This document shows, in pieces, positions 62,262 through 64,000 of a stretch of 64,000 nt of DNA. Numbering within the stretch: the first letter of the stretch is position 1; each line of letters opens with the position of its first letter. A program made the position numbers and the translations under genes. The stretch comes from Amoeboaphelidium protococcarum X5 (lineage: Eukaryota; Fungi; Aphelidiomycota): positions 1,445,607 to 1,509,606 of the forward strand of contig JALDTO010000266.1 of NCBI GenBank assembly GCA_023515725.1. The letters run 5' to 3'. Under the pieces are notes generated by a model. It saw only the letters and a program-made list of their open reading frames with translations. It did no database searches and was not told where the DNA came from.

Positions 62262-64000
62262 CTAAATACCCAACTTACTTGTGCCCTTCAAATACTTACA
62301 AATCCTCTTTACAGCAGTCCAATGCTTTTGACCCGGATTAGAAGAAAACTTGCAAACCTTTCCAACAGCGGCTGATATATCAGGACGAGTTGCACATGCA
62401 GTGTATAATAGAGCGCCGACGACTTGTTAATAAGGAATTTCTTACATCAACTCTTGTTCTTCTTTCGTCTAAGGACAGTCCTATAGTGACAAAGATACTG
62501 TAGAGTCCATGGGGGTTGGTGCTGGTTTCACGAGACTCATCTAATAATCCTCCAACAGTTCAGCAATAAATCTGTGCTAGTGCAACAATATCGTCTTCGC
62601 TTATCTGTCACGCTCGATATGAAGTCCAAGGAAATACGATGCCGGACCGAGATCAGTAATCTCAATCATGGCCGCGATATCTTTCTTCAGCTTCTATGCT
62701 TGATCAATCCCCTTAATACCAAGTAGCATATCATCAACATGCGCCAGTATGAGGGCATCATCTTCTTTTCTGTAGAACAGGCAATGATCAGCCTCTGTTG
62801 GAACGAATCCAAGTTATGCTAAACATTGCATAAGGTGATTATACCATTCTGCCGCAGCCTACTTCAATCCATAGAGTGTCTTGAGGAGTTGAAGTTTAAC
62901 ATCGTCTCCGCAGTCGAGTAGGCCACCTTCCGGGACTTCCATATAAATTTCCTCCTTGAGTTCAGGCACGACGAAAGCCTAAACGGCATCAACTTGCTCT
63001 ATCTCGTAATCAAGAGAGGCGCATTTGGATAGCATTATTCTGAGTGAGTTCGTTCTTGCTGTAGGTGCATAAGTCTCCTAATAGTCCACCCCGGAAACTT
63101 GTGAATAGCCCTTCGCGACCAATCTAGCCTTGAATTTAAAATCGCCAGACGCAGTCTTCTTCTTAGTAAATACCCATCGACACTTGATTACACGGTCTCC
63201 CTTTTGTCGCTAGACCTTCCTCCATGTCTTTCGATTCTCAAGTCCATTAATTTCTTTCATCATAGCCTTGTAATAATGATCTCTGTCAGGTCCTGATAAT
63301 GCTTCGCGCACACTTTGCGGATTTCTCTCCAACTTTGTAGTGAGTGCTTTAAATTGCTTTCGCACTCTTTTTCCACTGACTATATTAGAAGGATCAACTC
63401 TAGACACAATCTCTTTAGGCGCAGATGGAGTAGGGTCTGGGACAACAACATCGGTAGATCCAGGTTAGGCATTGTTAGGAGAAGAAGAATTCATTGCAGG
63501 CGCAGTTGGCTGTGGAGCTTACAGAATGTCAAGATCTTAAGTCGGTTAAGATTAACTTTATGACAGTATCTGAACTGCGGCCTCTTATGATGAATGATGG
63601 TGCACCGGTGACATAAGGGGAACAGTGAACTCTTGCAGAGTCGTTTCTTGACTTGCCGATTTAGAGTTTTAGGGGGAGTCATAAGCTAAATCTACACCAA
63701 ACTTCTTTTCTTTAGGAAATGTAAATGCGTTGGAGGTTATCAACTTTTGGCGCACAATATCATAGAACCGCAATATCGATGTAGACTCAGTATAGCCCAT
63801 AAAAATGCATTCTACAGCACGCCGATCCAGCTTGAACCGCTTTTCAACAGGAACATGAACAAAGGAGTGCTGGCCAAATATTTGCAAATGACTCGTCTTC
63901 GGCAACTTACCTGACCATACTTCATAAGGGCTTTTAGACTATGGGTTGGAGCTAGATGGACTAATATTGCTTAGATACACTGCAGTCAGCGCAGCCTGGC

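Larger units (their letters stand above)
56701..64000 (-). mobile_element. Outer Ty1/Copia element (runs off the window end), interrupted by a nested Copia at 57403-62261
   Basis: IN C-terminus (KLDRRAVECIFMGY), RT (KARLVAKG, LYGLKQ, HVDD) and RH (SDANWA, EDNQGAI, RTKHIDVRHHF, ADILTK). The frame is restored (KGTSKLGIQLGGE) when the insert and one TSD copy are removed. Confidence 0.93.

Overview
Gene-dense eukaryotic DNA with few, short GT-AG introns. It uses a non-standard genetic code: TAA/TAG read as Gln and TGA is the only stop, which is why the supplied ORF track is fragmented. The code plus opisthokont, fungus-like gene content suggests an aphelid such as Amoeboaphelidium (inference). 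Bases 1-41.5 kb hold mostly conserved genes: PA200/Blm10, I-BAR-SH3, LASP-like, VIT-vWA, PEX13, RhoGAP-SH3, GT31, CCT5, 3-HAO, CDC14, an alpha/beta hydrolase, a GH18 chitinase, a half-MFS and a truncated NF-X1. Bases 41.5-64 kb are an accessory, transposon-rich zone with three Copia elements (one nested and intact), a Dada-like element, and caspase-like and REase-fold orphan genes. The main highlight is a 9-kb cluster in which two paralogous class C GPCRs flank an animal-type R7-family RGS (DEP-DHEX-GGL-RGS). Each receptor's ectodomain is a bacterial-type PstS phosphate-binding protein with its ligand residues intact, plus an EGF module, making this a candidate phosphate-sensing GPCR/RGS system. 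The second highlight is an intact young Copia with a single in-frame UGA at the gag/pol junction (probable readthrough) and a primer-binding site complementary to its own LTR (probable tRNA-independent self-priming). All calls come from manual translation and motif recognition; no searches were run.
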